Source: the human T2T-CHM13v2.0 reference genome, Homo sapiens
Strand: one strand, 5' to 3'
DNA: 64,000 nucleotides
NCBI RefSeq assembly: GCF_009914755.1
Contig: NC_060930.1
A program made the translations under genes and the position numbers. How positions within the stretch are numbered: position 1 is the first letter of the stretch; each line of letters begins with the position of its first letter. Below are positions 39,067 through 51,650 of the stretch, one piece after another. Below the pieces are notes generated by a model, which saw only the letters and a list, made by a program, of their open reading frames with translations, did not search any database and had not been told where the DNA came from.

Positions 39067-39570
39067 GTACTGGTTATCCATCGCTATGTAACAATGTTGT
39101 CACAAATCTAGGGCCTTAAAATGCACATTTGTTATTGCATAGGCTCTGTGGGACAGGAATCTGGGCACAGCTCACTGGATCCTCTGCAGGGCTGCCATCA
39201 AGGTGCCTTCCAGGAATGTGCTCCCATCTGGCAGCTCAACTGGAAGGGGTCTTGCTTCCGAGCTCATTGCCTTGGCAGTGTTCCGGCCCTGGCAGGGGCC
39301 GGGCTGAGGACCTGGGTTTCTGGCTGGTTGTCTGAAGGCTGCTTCCAGTTCTTTCCCATGTGGGCCTCTTTCTTGGCTGTTTTCATTAAAACCATCAAGG
39401 CAGAGAATGTTGTAGCAAGACCGATGTTGCAATTTTACATAACTTAAGTCATACAAAGGACATCCCATCCCTTTTGACATGTTCTATTAGTTGGAAGCAA
39501 GTCACAGGTGAATGCCACATTCAAAGATGATTGTTGTGTATGAAAGATCACAGATGCCAGGGCATCCTAG
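39067..39570 (-). mobile_element. MLT1F-like MaLR LTR
   Basis: GTTATCCATCGCTATGTAACAA; CTGTGGGACAGGAATCTGGGCACAGCT; TTCTATTAGTTGGAAGCAAGTCAC. Confidence 0.8.
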
Positions 39571-41019
39571 GAAGCAATAGGATGGGGCATGGAGTGAGTG
39601 TGGGTGGCCCAGGAAGCTGGTGGGTGACAGAGGCAGGTGGTGTGAACTTGGGTGCTGTGCCAAACATGTGGCAATGACGAGCTTTCCACTCACCCCACAA
39701 TGGGTGATTCTTCTGGGTGTTGGAAGAAAAATCAGAGATTTCCATCAACTGCAAAGGAAGGCAGAAGGGAAAAGCTGCAGGTAGCACAGCCCTTGTCTCC
39801 TACCAGGCTTTGTGCCATCAGGAGGTGGGATCACTGGCTGTACCCACAACGTACAGAAACGCCATGTTCTGACTCATGATTTGGGCTCATTCTCTTGGGA
39901 CTCAATTTATCAAAACCTCCCTCAAAAACTCATGAAGTAGTTACATTACCACCTAGTCTCCTTTTGTTACCGCCATCAACCTTTTGTTGATGATTAACAA
40001 ATGCTTGTTAATGATGGTTAATAGCAACAACATAGACTGGAAACTCCCAGGCTTCTTCCTTCTAAGGTTCCACATATATCCTAAATGTTTTCCTGGAAAA
40101 CCAGAGTGTTAATACATAACATCACTTATGAGTGAGCTGCGATATCTCATTTACCAGCCAAGTGGCCCCTGGTCAAGAGTGGATCCACTGTAGTTTAACA
40201 GGAGGAAGAAGTGAAATGCACAGTGGGTGTTCCTTGTAAAGTCCGTGTTCAGCACGTCCTGTTGGTCGACAGAAACATGGTGGAGGAGCCCAAGGGAAGG
40301 GAAGAGAGAAACAACAGACAACGTCTCTCAGAGGTGAATTTCCAGGCTTAACTTTTTCCCCTTTTCTTAGAGAAAGCTTTCCCAGATTGACAACTTTATG
40401 CACAGATACTGATCATCATATATGTGTATTAGTTAATATTGTTTCAGTAGTATAGGAATTGAAATAATTAACTGTTCAGAGGTTAACTGGACATTGCACG
40501 TAGGTTTTTTAACTTGAGGAATATGGAGGTAGAGAGAAGTGATTTTCAACCCTAGAGTAAGTAAAAGGCTTACATAATATTTTATCTAAGTCCATGCATT
40601 GCCTTTTCTCCTAAGGTGTTGGTATTGTTCCTAGAGTGAAGGGACACACTCATTTGTGTCCAGCCTAATGAGCTGTCAGTCTTAGATCCAAAAGGGGCAA
40701 ATGTAACTTGATGGGTCCATTCTACATTTAGCACTGATAAGAACAATAATTTATATATACATGACAATGGAGGGGCCACAGCAACACTATAAAACAGAAA
40801 AAAATGTTCAGCTTTATTTACGGTGTACTTCCTATATTTCAGGAAGGTGAGGTGGGTCTTACAAAGGCTCAAACATATCACTATATTCTTTCTGCCCACT
40901 TGTTCTTTACGGCTAGTGACACTGCATCGCATCCCTCAAACCCTACTCTTCTCAATACAATTCATTGCTTCAGCTCCATCTGCTCCCATCAGCTGTGTCA
41001 AATGAACAGGGTATGAGAT

Positions 41020-42345
41020 CAAATGAGAAGCATGGGTTGAGGATAATTCCCAGGTTCCTACCTGGAGATGGGGTACCTGGTGGTTATTGCCACTGATTGA
41101 CAGAATGAAATCAGAATGAGAGCAAATTTAGAGTGAAAGGTGGTTAGTTCATTTTTGCAGCGGTGGCCATTGAGGTGGGAAGTGTCAAGCATGGGTAAAG
41201 CAAAGGGGTGGATGTGAAGGACGTGAAGATGAAAGGAATGAAAAGGCTCAGAAGCAGAACCCATCCTCACTGGGCCTCAGTGATAATGAGTGGTTCCAGG
41301 AGACTGGGCCAGTCAGCAGTGAGAAGCAAATGGTCAACAGTGAGGATGGGGTGGTCAGCAGTGAAGATGGGAGGTCAATAGTGAGAAAGAGATGTTCAGC
41401 AGTGAGGACGACAAGGCCAACAGGGAGGATGGGGAATCAACAGTGAGGATGAGGAGGTCAACAGAGAGGATAGGAGGTCAATAGTGAGGATGGGGAGGTC
41501 AACAGTGAGGATGGGGAAGTCCAACAGTGAGGATGGGGAGGTCAACGGTGAGGATGAGAGGTCCAGTGAGAATGGTGAGGTTAAAAGGGAGGATGGGGAG
41601 TCAACAGTGAGGATGGGGAGGACAACAGTGAGAATGGTGAGGTCGACGGTGAGGAGGTGAGGATAGTGAGGTCAACAGGGAGGACAGGTTGGCCAACAGT
41701 GAGAATGTGGAGGTCAACAGTGAGGATGATGAAGCCAACAGGGAGGATGGGGAGTCAACAGTGAGGATGGGGAGGTTAACAGTGTGGATGGGGAGGTCAA
41801 CAGTGAGAATGGGGAGTCAACAGTGAGGATGGGGAGGTCAACAGTGAGGATGATGAAGCCAACAGGGAGGATGAGGAGTCAACAGTGAGGATGGGGAGTC
41901 AACAGTGAGGATGGGGAGGTCAACAATGAGGATGATGAAGCCAACAGGGAGGATGAGGAGTCAACAGTGAGGATGGGGAGGTCAACAGTGAGGATGGGGA
42001 GGTCAACAGTGAGGATGGGAATGTCAACAGGGAGGACAGGGTGGTCAACAGTGAGAAGATGGAGGTCAACAGTGAGGATGATGAAGCCCACAGGGAGGGT
42101 GGGGAGTCAACAGTGAGGGTGGGAGGTCAACAGTGAGGATGTGGAGGTCAACAGTGAGGATGGAGTTGTCAACTGTGGCTAATATAGCAGACAAGCAAAA
42201 AAAGCTAAGGACTTAAAAGTCTGTATCAATTCTTTGAATATGGAGTTACTTTTTCCAGCATGTTTTGGTGAAATGGGGGTTGGAGGATTGTTCTGGAGGT
42301 GGAGTCTAGACTAATATGGGTGAGAAATCACGGCTGATAGGGAAG
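41020..42345 (-). mobile_element. L2 fragment split by a minisatellite
   Basis: L2-like antisense motifs (AGGATAATTCCCAGGTT, GTTCATTTTTG..TTGAGGTG; GTCAACTGTG..TAAGGACT) on both sides of the array. Confidence 0.5.
41310..42176. repeat. 21/22-bp purine-rich minisatellite (GGAGGTCAACAGTGAGGATGGG)
   Basis: About 40 units, degenerate at the 5' end. Confidence 0.95.
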
Positions 42346-43919
42346 CAGTAACACATGGAAGCCACCTCCTTTCCAGGTCTGTGGCCCCCTCTGTCCTGGT
42401 CCTCATTAACATTAACTATGATGGATTCTCCTCTCTCTTCTGATCCCCTCTTCACTTTTCTCACCCCTGGTGTCCATTACGAGGACCATAAAGAGTTTTC
42501 CTTTCTTCAGGGAGATAATGATTGGGAAACACTCTTCTATCACTGTTGCTCTGAAATCATTACCCTTCATAAATACTTAACTTAATTAGGGATTTACTAA
42601 AAATCCCTAATATCCATTACATGTATTAGACATATAATAAATACTTATTGTGTGCTTATTGTAGAGTGGGTGGAAATTTAACCCACTTCTGGTCACAGAG
42701 CTGGGCGCTGGTCCTTGTGCCCTCCTGAACAAGAATTACAATGGCATCTGTTCCTATCTTTTGTGAAATGCTGAAAGGCTTATTACACCTTGATATCTGA
42801 ATAGCAGCAATGACTCTCTCTCTCTTTTTGGATAATACTTTATGTATCTTCACATTTTATATTTCTTTTGAAGATTTTAATTCTGCAAATGTGAATTGAA
42901 ATTTTGAAAGATGTTGGGTTCAGCATTGCAGGTGAACTGCGTTATAGCAAGGGAATATTCTGGCACCAGTTACCTCCCTGAAGTAGCAAGATTTAATTAT
43001 CTACAACCATCAGAGTCAGTGCTGAAAGTAAAAGGCCTCGCTGGGGGAGATCCCCCACAGGATTCTAGGCCTGGCTGAACCCCAGTGTGACCAAGGGAGT
43101 CAACTGTCTTGCAAATTCTTAAACCCTCTAGTGCCTCCTGGTGTCTGGCCAAAGGCTCCGGGGAGATCCCAAGAGAATGAGAATGGTTGTTGATTTTTGA
43201 CACCCCCAATCTTACACAGCCTAGCATGGGAAGAGATTCGGGCCAGAATAGAACAGATCTGCCTTCGTCAGCTGGATACGTCAGCGGTGGGGTGAGGATG
43301 GATAGGTCAGTGGGCTCACTGTCCTCCACCATAAAGTCCAGACAATGACGCCCAGCTTTTGGGGCTAAAGCAAGGTCTGGTGAGTGGACAGGGTTGGGGT
43401 CACAGGGCTGGTGAAAATTCAAGCTCAGGCTGGCTCTGGCCACTATGTGTCCTCCCAAGGACATCCTGGGGGCCCACACAGGGAGGGGTGCTGCTGTCCC
43501 CTTGCTCCTGCCCCACTCTCAGCAGCTTCCCCAAAGGTATTGTCAAGACACTGAGGATCGCCATGAGTCGTGCTCATGGGGCACCGGTTCTGCATGTGCT
43601 CTGCATTCCCCCGTGCTGCTCCCACACAAGCTTTTAGAGGCGGCTGCCACTGCCCTTGCCTCGCGGGGTCAGCAGCGCAAACTGTGCCCTGCAGACGTCC
43701 TCTTTCCAGCTCTGCGACAAAGGGCTGCCTTGCCTGCTCTCCTGCAAAGGCTTTTGCTTATTTTAGTGACGTGCATCAAGTGTACATTGTAAAACCATTT
43801 CTCTTAAGCCTGCAGGTGTAACTTAATCTTTTATTTGTTCATTAATAGAGCAATTTTGATGTGAAGACTAAAAACACACATTTCCTGTTTCTTTAATACT
43901 CAGTGTATACATTTTGCAG

Positions 43920-44017
43920 ATTAAATTTAAATACGTATTTTGGACCAGTTATTTGATAAAATTTCTTCAGACGTTGTTTTTCAAACCATCATCATAAATT
44001 TAACATATCTGATTTTC
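43920..44017 (+). pseudogene. Exon relic ending IRILDQLFDKISSDVVFQTIIINLTYLIF
   Basis: acattttgcag| acceptor and perfect GTAAGT donor; LxxLFxxxSxxxxF resembles a SEA helix end; first codons disrupted. Confidence 0.4.
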
Positions 44018-44134
44018 GTAAGTACTTCAAACCCCTAGCAAGGGAAAACTGTAAATCTAATGAATAAGATCTTCTCAGGCAATTAGACAATATTTACAAA
44101 CAGGCTGCTTGACTCAAAGGTGACTTCCTTAAAT

Positions 44135-44297
44135 CCGAGTTTCTCAGCCCCAGCACTGTGGATGTTTTGAGCGGGTAATTCTTTGTTATGGAGGCTGTCC
44201 TACAACAGGGTCTTAAGAGGCCAGCAGCACCTCCCAGTTGTGACAATAAAAATTATCTCCCCACAGTACCAAGGTTACCCCTGACTGGGAACCATTG
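44135..44297 (+). mobile_element. MER20-like hAT element, internally deleted
   Basis: TTTCTCAGCCCCAGCACT..TAATTCTTTGTT..CCCAGTTGTGACAA..GGGAACCATTG; 8-bp TSD CCTTAA(A/G)T. Confidence 0.8.
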
Positions 44298-45070
44298 CCT
44301 TAAGTATTTAAACACTGATGAAAAGCTTAATCTTTTTAAAACTTTAAAATTCTTAAGCATTTTGATAAGCTCACAAATTTATACTTCAGATGCTCATAAA
44401 CTTCAGATGCCTTTAAAAATTAAAATATCAAAACTCTTACAAAGCTCATTGCTTCAAGTCCAGTTGACCGATTACCAAATCAGCCAGAGAATTTTCTTCT
44501 CTGGCTGTCTACACCCCTGTCTCCCTTCCGGGACTTTCTGACCCTGCTAAGGGGATGTGCTCACCCAACTAGAAGCTGTGGAATTACCTCTCAGGCTGCC
44601 TGAGGTCACGCACTCATGGTTTCTGGTCAGAGTCTCAGGTCAGAGGACAAGAACTGAGGGTTGAGGTCAGAGATTTGGGACCAGCAGGGGCTCCGGGGCG
44701 CCGCTTGCGGGGTGGTGAGCCCCGTATTGGCTCCATGACTCCTTCATGGGGCCTCCCAGCCCACGCCCTTCGCTGGGCCTCGCAAACCTCCCGGGATCCG
44801 GTGAGTCCAGCTTCCTTTGTAGCCTTGTCGCTTTAGAAATGTTATTACTCATTTTGACCTGACAGAGTTTACCGCCTTCTGAGCCAGCCTTTCACGCGAT
44901 TGGCCAGGTAGGGCCCTGAACGCCTGTGTGGGTGGATCAGTGCACACACGCGCGGTAGACGTGATCTGGGGCTTGCAGGGCCTCCTGGTCCTGCTGCACA
45001 CGGCTGGCCGACCCTTCCTCTCAGCGTTCCCCTCTCAGACTCCATAGATAATGATGCTTATTTTTAACAG

Positions 45071-45164
45071 CGACGTTATTATTTGTGGTTGAAATTTTAC
45101 AGCAGAGCAATTTCTGATCTCAGCTCTAAAGAGAACATCTACCTCTGTGGGTTATTTTCCACCG
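45071..45164 (+). pseudogene. Exon relic (DVIICG*NFTAEQFLISALKRTSTSVGYFPP), phase 2-0
   Basis: ttatttttaacag| acceptor and CCG|GTATGT donor; one TGA at 45090; TAEQFLIS parallels TAECLLIS in the 17302 exon. Confidence 0.55.
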
Positions 45165-45579
45165 GTATGTTTGGAATTTGCTTGTGCTGTAATTTGGCAA
45201 CTCCTGAAACTTTAGCCTAAAAAATTTTGTGTGAGGTTTTGAAACGATACTTAGAAACCTGAGAAAAATATAAAACACTCTCAGATCCACACATCAAGCA
45301 TGAGGCCTTTTCCTAAAGTACTCAGTGTTTGTTGAGGGAGTGAATGGAGGCCCCCAAGCCTTCATTAATTCTGATGCGGACCCCTGAGCTCTCCTTGTCC
45401 TCTGGGCTCGCGACTCCCTCCTTCTTCTGAGGCAAATGGGGAGGTTTGAGCACAAACACTCACTGGAATTAAGCCTGGTTTGTAGGACTCGCGGGGGAGG
45501 GAGGGGAGCACCAGCTACAGAGTCAGGGACCCTGTCTGGGGCTCCCAAGGCTCACAGCAGGTGTTCAGCAGCAGGTGAC

Positions 45580-45693
45580 GCTCACACCTGCCTCTGGTTG
45601 GGCCTGTTTAACTGCTCACACCTGCCTCTGGTTGGGCCTGTTTAACTGCTCACACCTGCCTCTGGTTGGCGGCCTATTTAACTCCTCACCTGC
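45580..45693. repeat. 34-bp tandem repeat, about 3.3 copies
   Basis: GCTCACACCTGCCTCTGGTTGG at 45580, 45614 and 45648. Confidence 0.9.
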
Positions 45694-45789
45694 CCGTCTT
45701 CTACTCTGATCACAAAGATCCCTCGTCCCCGCCCCCCACAACCCCCTACAACCTCCTCTGTTTTGCATGCGAGGTCCCTCACAGCGTAG

Positions 45790-45945
45790 GCTCAGGCCCT
45801 AGGAAGAGTGGAGGAGCTGCTGGAGCAGCAGATGCAGCGAGGACTGCTGGACCTGGGGATCCTGCTACCTGGCCTGTTGCCGTCTGTGGCCCACCAGCCC
45901 CATTAGGGCAGCAACAACGCCCAGAGGAGCCTCTCGCTTAACCAG
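45790..45945 (+). pseudogene. Exon relic (AQALGRVEELLEQQMQRGLLDLGILLPGLLPSVAHQPH*GSNNAQRSLSLNQ), phase 0-0
   Basis: 156 bp, 52 codons, CTG/GAG/CAG-rich codon usage, one TAG at 45904, donor CAG|GTAAGA. Confidence 0.6.
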
Positions 45946-45979
45946 GTAAGAATTCGGAAGGAAGTCTTTGGCTTATGGC

Positions 45980-46325
45980 TGCTGTGGACTGAAATGGATC
46001 CCCCAGGATCCATGCACTGAAGTCCTAAGCCCCCTGTGACGGTGTTGGGGTGGGGTCTTTGGGAGGTGCTGAGGTTGGATGGAGTCCTGTGGGTGGAGGC
46101 CTCAGGATGGCACAGGTGTCCCTGCAAGAAGAGAAACGGGAGTGCTGGCTTCCTCCTCGGCCTTGCCAAGCTCAGTGAGAAGGTGCCTCTGTGAGCCAGG
46201 AAGAGGCCTCAGTGGACCCTCCTCTGCTGGCACCTTGACCCCAGGCTTGCAGCCCCAAGATGGGGGATGGGCATCTGCTGCTGAAGCACCTTTGGCTGTG
46301 GCTTTGTTTATGGCCTGGGCTGGCT
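45980..46325 (+). mobile_element. MLT1A-like MaLR LTR
   Basis: TGCTGTGGACTGAA start; CTTTGGGAGGTG; GCCAGGAAGAGGCCTCA; CTGCTGGCACCTTGA. Confidence 0.75.
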
Positions 46326-46456
46326 CGGATGCTGGTCTCAGCAGCCTGGAAGAGAACGGGGTCAGGCCGGCACCCCCTTGGAGGAAGCGAGGCCGGCAGA
46401 CGGGCTGTGTGCGGGTGCCTGTCCTGGCCTCAAGCGCTCCGTGCTGTCTCCTTTAG

Positions 46457-46664
46457 GGAACGTGGGATGTAAATCCACACTGATGTGTGGCTTCTCATGG
46501 CCTTCCTCCGTGCGGATAAACGGCGACCCCGCTTTAGTAGCAGCCAGAAGTGAATTCCAGACAATATGCACGGAGTGTACGGGCGAGCCCTGGCTGCACT
46601 GTGGACGATGACCAGGCCCACGGGACAGCAGCCGGGTCCGCCCGTTTCCTCCTGGCCCCATCTG
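46457..46664 (+). pseudogene. Exon relic containing FSWPSSVRINGDPALVAARSEFQTICTE
   Basis: gctgtctcctttag| acceptor; SVRING at 46507-46524 resembles the SEA C-terminal SLxVNG; phase does not match the previous exon without a frameshift. Confidence 0.45.
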
Positions 46665-48844
46665 GTAATCAGGCTTTGCCCTGGGCAGACTGCCCGGCAG
46701 CCTGGGCCGTGTTTGTCTTGGCGCACGTCCTGCGTCCGCTGCTGGTTCACGGTCGTGGTGCATCTCTTGCGTGAAATGTGCCCTTGCCTCACAGCCCCAC
46801 CGTGTCCCTGTGATATGTGGGTACGAACACGGGCCCCTAAGCAAGAGCAAATTGCATTTCCTCCCCAGAGGGACGCGGTTCTTCCTGAGCTCCGGGGACC
46901 TCGCGGGAGCCTTCAAACACATGGCAGTGTGGTACCCTTGAGTCCCACAAAGCTGAGAGAACCTCATGGTCTGTGTTACTAAACTCAGTCATATCCTGAA
47001 ACGATGACCTCTCCAACCCATCATAATCATAACAATGAATTTCAGATATGCCTGAACACCAAAAGCAGTAGGTAAAGGTGATTTTTCTTTGTTTTCTGAA
47101 GCCGGAGGGGTATGAACACTCCCCGGGCACACACTCGCACACTCCCTGCGTGAGTCTCAAGGCTGGACAGGGCATTTCCACAAAAGAAACCTGTGGAAAG
47201 CAGCCCTTCTTCTTGGCGAGGCCTGGAAGTGGCTCGGTCCCTGAGGACGTGGGGGGCGTTCTCCTCAGCGTCCACTTAGGTTTCAGCGAAGAAGTCCAGG
47301 ACATTGGTGCAAGCAAACACGGTTTTCCTCGCCAGCTCTTCTTTCACTGTGTTGTGATTGGGTGTTGGGTCTGTTGATGGAAATAAAGCCAGGTCAGCAT
47401 CAGCAGGGCTGACACGAGGGAGCCCACGTTGAGCCGGAGCAGCCGTGGGGGCTTGGGCTTTTAACAGCTTTGTCCAAGTAGGCACGGGTAGCCCCAGTGT
47501 CCCGGGAGCTATGAGTCCCAGTGGCACCCACAACCTGTTGAGCTAGGAGGCCTGGAGGGGCAGGTGGCTGATCCGTGGCAGCTCCAGGGGCCCGCCCCTG
47601 CTGAGCTGGACAGCAAATGTGCCAACACCACGCAGGGGTGATTTTACGACAGGAAGAGAGGGATGTGAGTCTTCCCGACCAACCAGGCCCCGGGAAGCTG
47701 TGGTGGAATTTCACGCTCAACTGCAGGGCACTGTGGGCAGGGATGTATGTCTGCTGACCCTGGCTTGCACCCAGGCTGACCGCACAATCCCCGTTCAGTG
47801 AGGGAGGCAGCTGAGTTCAAAAAAGATCGGGTTTGAGCGGTAAATACCACTCAGGTCTTCCTCCTCTTGGATTTGATTTATGTTTTCTGGAGCCGAGCAA
47901 ACATACCACACTGTGGTCCTTGCTAGGGAGGGTGCGCAGTATTCCTCAGGCTGGGGCCACCTCCGACCTGCACAGTGGACTCACGCCGTCCCCACACTTG
48001 CCCTCTTACTGCCCCGTGCTCTCTGGAGTTGGGACCCCCTGGCCTGGAGATGTACCCAGAGGAGAGAGTGAAAGGGAGGAGCCAACGCAGAGACTGGCAG
48101 GTCTTTTTGCAAAAACCAAGTCAAGTGCCCCGTGGGCTCCACCCAGGAGAGTGCCCGGGGGTCCCCTGGGTAACAGGGTTAATGCAGCCCAGGCCTGCCT
48201 GCCCCCAGGCTGTGGGGTGCGGGTGCGTGCTTGGCAGGAGCAGGCCTGATGCAGAAGGGGATTCCGGGGCCTCCCCATCACGCTGCCAGCCTTTTCCCAT
48301 CCTCCAGGGTGCTGCTGAGGCCAAGGGAACTGGGTCAGGGCAGGGTGGCACCTAGGAGCTGCCAGCTGCACTTATTTTCATTTTATTACTAGCTTTTTGG
48401 TATCCTCGGGGAACTGTTTCTGGCCAACTCACATTCACCCCTGGCCTGTACCTCACAGGTTCAAGGAGCAGCTGAACCTCGGCCCACATCTCAGGGAATC
48501 AGCAGTGAGTCCAGATCTCACCGCACCTTCCCGGAAGTCACTTGGTCCCTGGAGATTCAAAACCGTGTGAGGCACAAACAGCAGCGATGGTCTCTGGTCT
48601 CCACCGACTTGGCCGGTAAGCGGCTGTGGGACCTGGCAGGTCCAGGGGTCTCCACGGCACAGTGAGGACGAGCTGGCCCGGACCTTGAGTGAGCGTTGGG
48701 TGTCGGCACAGTGCAGGGGAGCTGCCAGACCCAGGGAATGGCGTTCTCGCTAGTTTAGAAAGCACAGGGTCTGCCTAGTCCTAAGGGAGTGGGGTTTCCA
48801 CATAGCCTGAGGGTGGGCAGTGAAGAGGAGCTGCGGCTCTTACA

Positions 48845-49246
48845 TGCCGAGCTGCTGAAACGAAGCCCCAGAAACCCAGCGGCTGGACCAGCAGGGATGC
48901 GGCCTCCCACGGTCCTAGAGCCCGGATGTCTGAGAGCCAAGGCCGGGCGGGCCAGGCGCGGCCCCTCCAAAGAATCCGGGGAGACTCGGCCCTGCAGCCC
49001 TCCTGGCGACTCCTTCCTCGGCCTGCAGACGCTGCCCCCCAGCCCCAGCCTCCGTCTTCACGTGGCGTTTCCCCGTGTCTATGTTCAAATTTCCCTCTTC
49101 CCCTAAGGACACCAGCCGTTGGACCAGACCCATCCTAATGACCTCACCTTAACTTGGCCATATCTGCAAAGACCCTCTCTCCGACTACAGTGACATCCTG
49201 AGGCTCCAGGGAAATGAATTCGGGGGCACTGCCCAACCCAGCCCAG
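48845..49246 (-). mobile_element. MLT1C-like MaLR LTR
   Basis: CTCCGTCTTCACGTGGCG; CAAATTTCCCTCTTC..TAAGGACACCAG; ATGACCTCACCTTAACTTG; ATCTGCAAAGACCCT. Confidence 0.8.
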
Positions 49247-49289
49247 TGCCGCGGCCCATCGGGCTCTGCGTCGCCTGTGACTCCTGCCC

Positions 49290-49401
49290 CACGTCTCTGC
49301 AGGGTCTCTCTGCCGTTTTCCAGGTTAGGGAACCGAGGTCAGGGCACGTCTCTGCAGGGTCTCTCTGCCGTTTTCCAGGTTAGGGAACCGAGGTCAGGGC
49401 A
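49290..49401. repeat. Perfect 55-bp tandem duplication
   Basis: CACGTCTCTGCAGGG...GAGGTCAGGG at 49290 and 49345. Confidence 0.92.
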
Positions 49402-49470
49402 GCTCGGTGAGCGCCCACACGGCAGGAGGCTGCCTTTGAGCCATATTGTCTGACCACAAAGTTCTCATAG

Positions 49471-49600
49471 AGAATGATTGTGCCGGACTCTGAGCTGACC
49501 TTCCAGATACTGTGCGGGCCAGGGAAAGAGAAGCCCATGTGCCCTGTGTTCAAACGTTTAAAGTTACAAATCAAACTAAAAGTGTGCTGGGGGCCCTGAC
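49471..49600 (+). pseudogene. Candidate exon relic (RMIVPDSELTFQILCG..)
   Basis: ttctcatag| acceptor; IVxDSELTF resembles SEA strand 3; open for about 40 codons; donor unclear. Confidence 0.35.
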
Positions 49601-50916
49601 CCAGACAACGCGCCTGACAGACCACACTGGAATCCTTTGGACCCTGCCGAGCCCTGTGCAGAAGCACGAGGTGTGGAGAGCACAGGACAGAGGCCGGGGC
49701 TCCAGACCTGCCTCCGGTCCCACCTGCCCGCCAGCCCCACATAGGGCCAGGCCCCAGGGTGAAGGGTGCTCACTTCAAGGGGGCGGCTGAGGCAGACCCT
49801 GCAGGCCTGGAGCAGCAGGGACTCTGGGGGGCTACAAAGCCCAGACCACCGTGCCAGGTTGGGTTCTGTGTGGACGTGGTCTGGTCTCTGCATGCTCCAT
49901 CTGCGAGGGTGTCCGTGCGGCCTGGGCTGGGCTTGCTGCCTGAAGCCTCCTGCCTGCCCTGTCTGTGCCCCACACCCTCCTTCTTTGCCAGCTCTGAGTT
50001 CCTTCCCTGTGAAATTCTCATCTTCCTGGGTCCCTTGGGAGCAAGACACCACCTCAAGGAAGGCAGAAAGTGGAAGCTTCTGAGCCTGGGACGCAGCCTC
50101 CTCCCTCACCTGCCCCCTGCCAGATGAAAGGCCTGGCTCCTGCCGACAGGGCTTGTTTTCCTATTGTTCTGCAGAAGCATGTAGCCCGCCGCCTCCTCCG
50201 TTAACAGGCATAGGCTTCCTCTGTCCACTCTTTTGCTGGGATCTCCAGGACCCAGTGCTTTTTCCAGGAAGCACCCTTCCCCGCTCCTGCCCCCACCATC
50301 TAGCCCTGAGTCTTTAGGAGTCGCAAGGTGACCTGACTTAGGCAGCAGAGCGGAGACCGGCACCTGCCACCCCCGCCCCAGCCCTCTCAGTAGCCCCACC
50401 CGGCAGCCCCTCTGTCCAGGGCCAGCCCTGCCTTTATCACACAGCGAAGGTGTTGAGTCTCCAGTGTGGAGCTCTCATCTGCTCTCTCCGAAAACACTGG
50501 CCCAGCATCCTTTCCCAAAGCCCTATGCTGGGCCCTGGGGAGGGAGAGCCTGGGGAGGGGTGAAGCTGGCTCTGCAGACACAGTGCGCCGGTGTGAGAGG
50601 CCACCGGGCTCCGGACAGGGAGGGCGACGCCTGCCCCATCAGGCCAGCCTCAGGCCCGGGATTCCACAAGTCCTTCCCTTCTCGGAAGCACTGCAGGGGC
50701 TCAGGTAGGGTTTGACGCTTGCTGAGGTAGGATTTGTACCTAATGAATATGTGGGAACACACCCTAGAAGCACAGCAAATCACCTTCAGAAGCAGAGAAG
50801 GGGGGAACTGCTGGAGGAGTGAGAGCATGGGAGCCGGTGGGTCAGGCAGGGGATGGAGGCTCTCGGCGGTGAAGACGGACGGGGGCTCTTGGCAGAGAAG
50901 ACAGACACCGGGGCTC

Positions 50917-51650
50917 TGCCGCTGGACCTGACTGGGGTCCACTCTCCCCACGCAGCAAGGCCAGATGCTCACATGGGGTTTGCAGTGGGAGAAAGGAAGG
51001 CACTAATCTGCAGGGCGCTGAGCCGGGAGACTCAGGCAGCTGGTGCCTCAGTCCCGACCTGCCCAGTGGCCTAAAGGTGAGGTCTCAAAGGCGGGGGTCA
51101 TGGGTGACCCGCAAAGTCATATATCATCAGCACATGAGGGCTGTCCGTTGGTTCGATTTGGAAAGGCAGCCCACAGGTCACAGGTGGATTCAAAGATTTT
51201 CTGATTTGCAGTTGATTGAGGAGGCAAAGCTTTGTCTAAACTTTTGGGATCCGCAGAAGAAAACATTAGGTCTGGCTCATGGGCGTGGCCTCCCCCAGGC
51301 CCCTCAGGCAGAAATTTAGAACAAGGAATGGGCTCAGAGTTCTGCCTCAACTGCACCTTTTCCGAGGTCTGCGAGCAGGGGACGCATTTGGTCTGGGTTT
51401 CTGAAAAGCGACTCGGGCGCATCGTGAAGAGGGTCTCTAGTTTCTACCAGGAGCTAAACGTCTTGTGACTGCTGCTTCCTTGGCTATTGTTTTAAGCTAC
51501 TGTTACCTTCTTGTTTGTGAAGTTGTTCATTTACTTCTCAGGGCGAGCTGGGTACCTGAAATTTCTCTTGAAAGAACTCAAGATTTTCCTTTATTTTCAT
51601 GCTTGGGGGTGGGGGATAAGACTCCTAAGAGGGGTCCCTGCTTCGTCTCA
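50917..51650 (-). mobile_element. ERV1 solo LTR, MER39/MER34-like
   Basis: TG...CA ends, 4-bp TSD GCTC/GCTT, GGTGGATTCAAAGATTTTCTGATT and AGGGGTCCCTGCT terminus. Confidence 0.75.
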
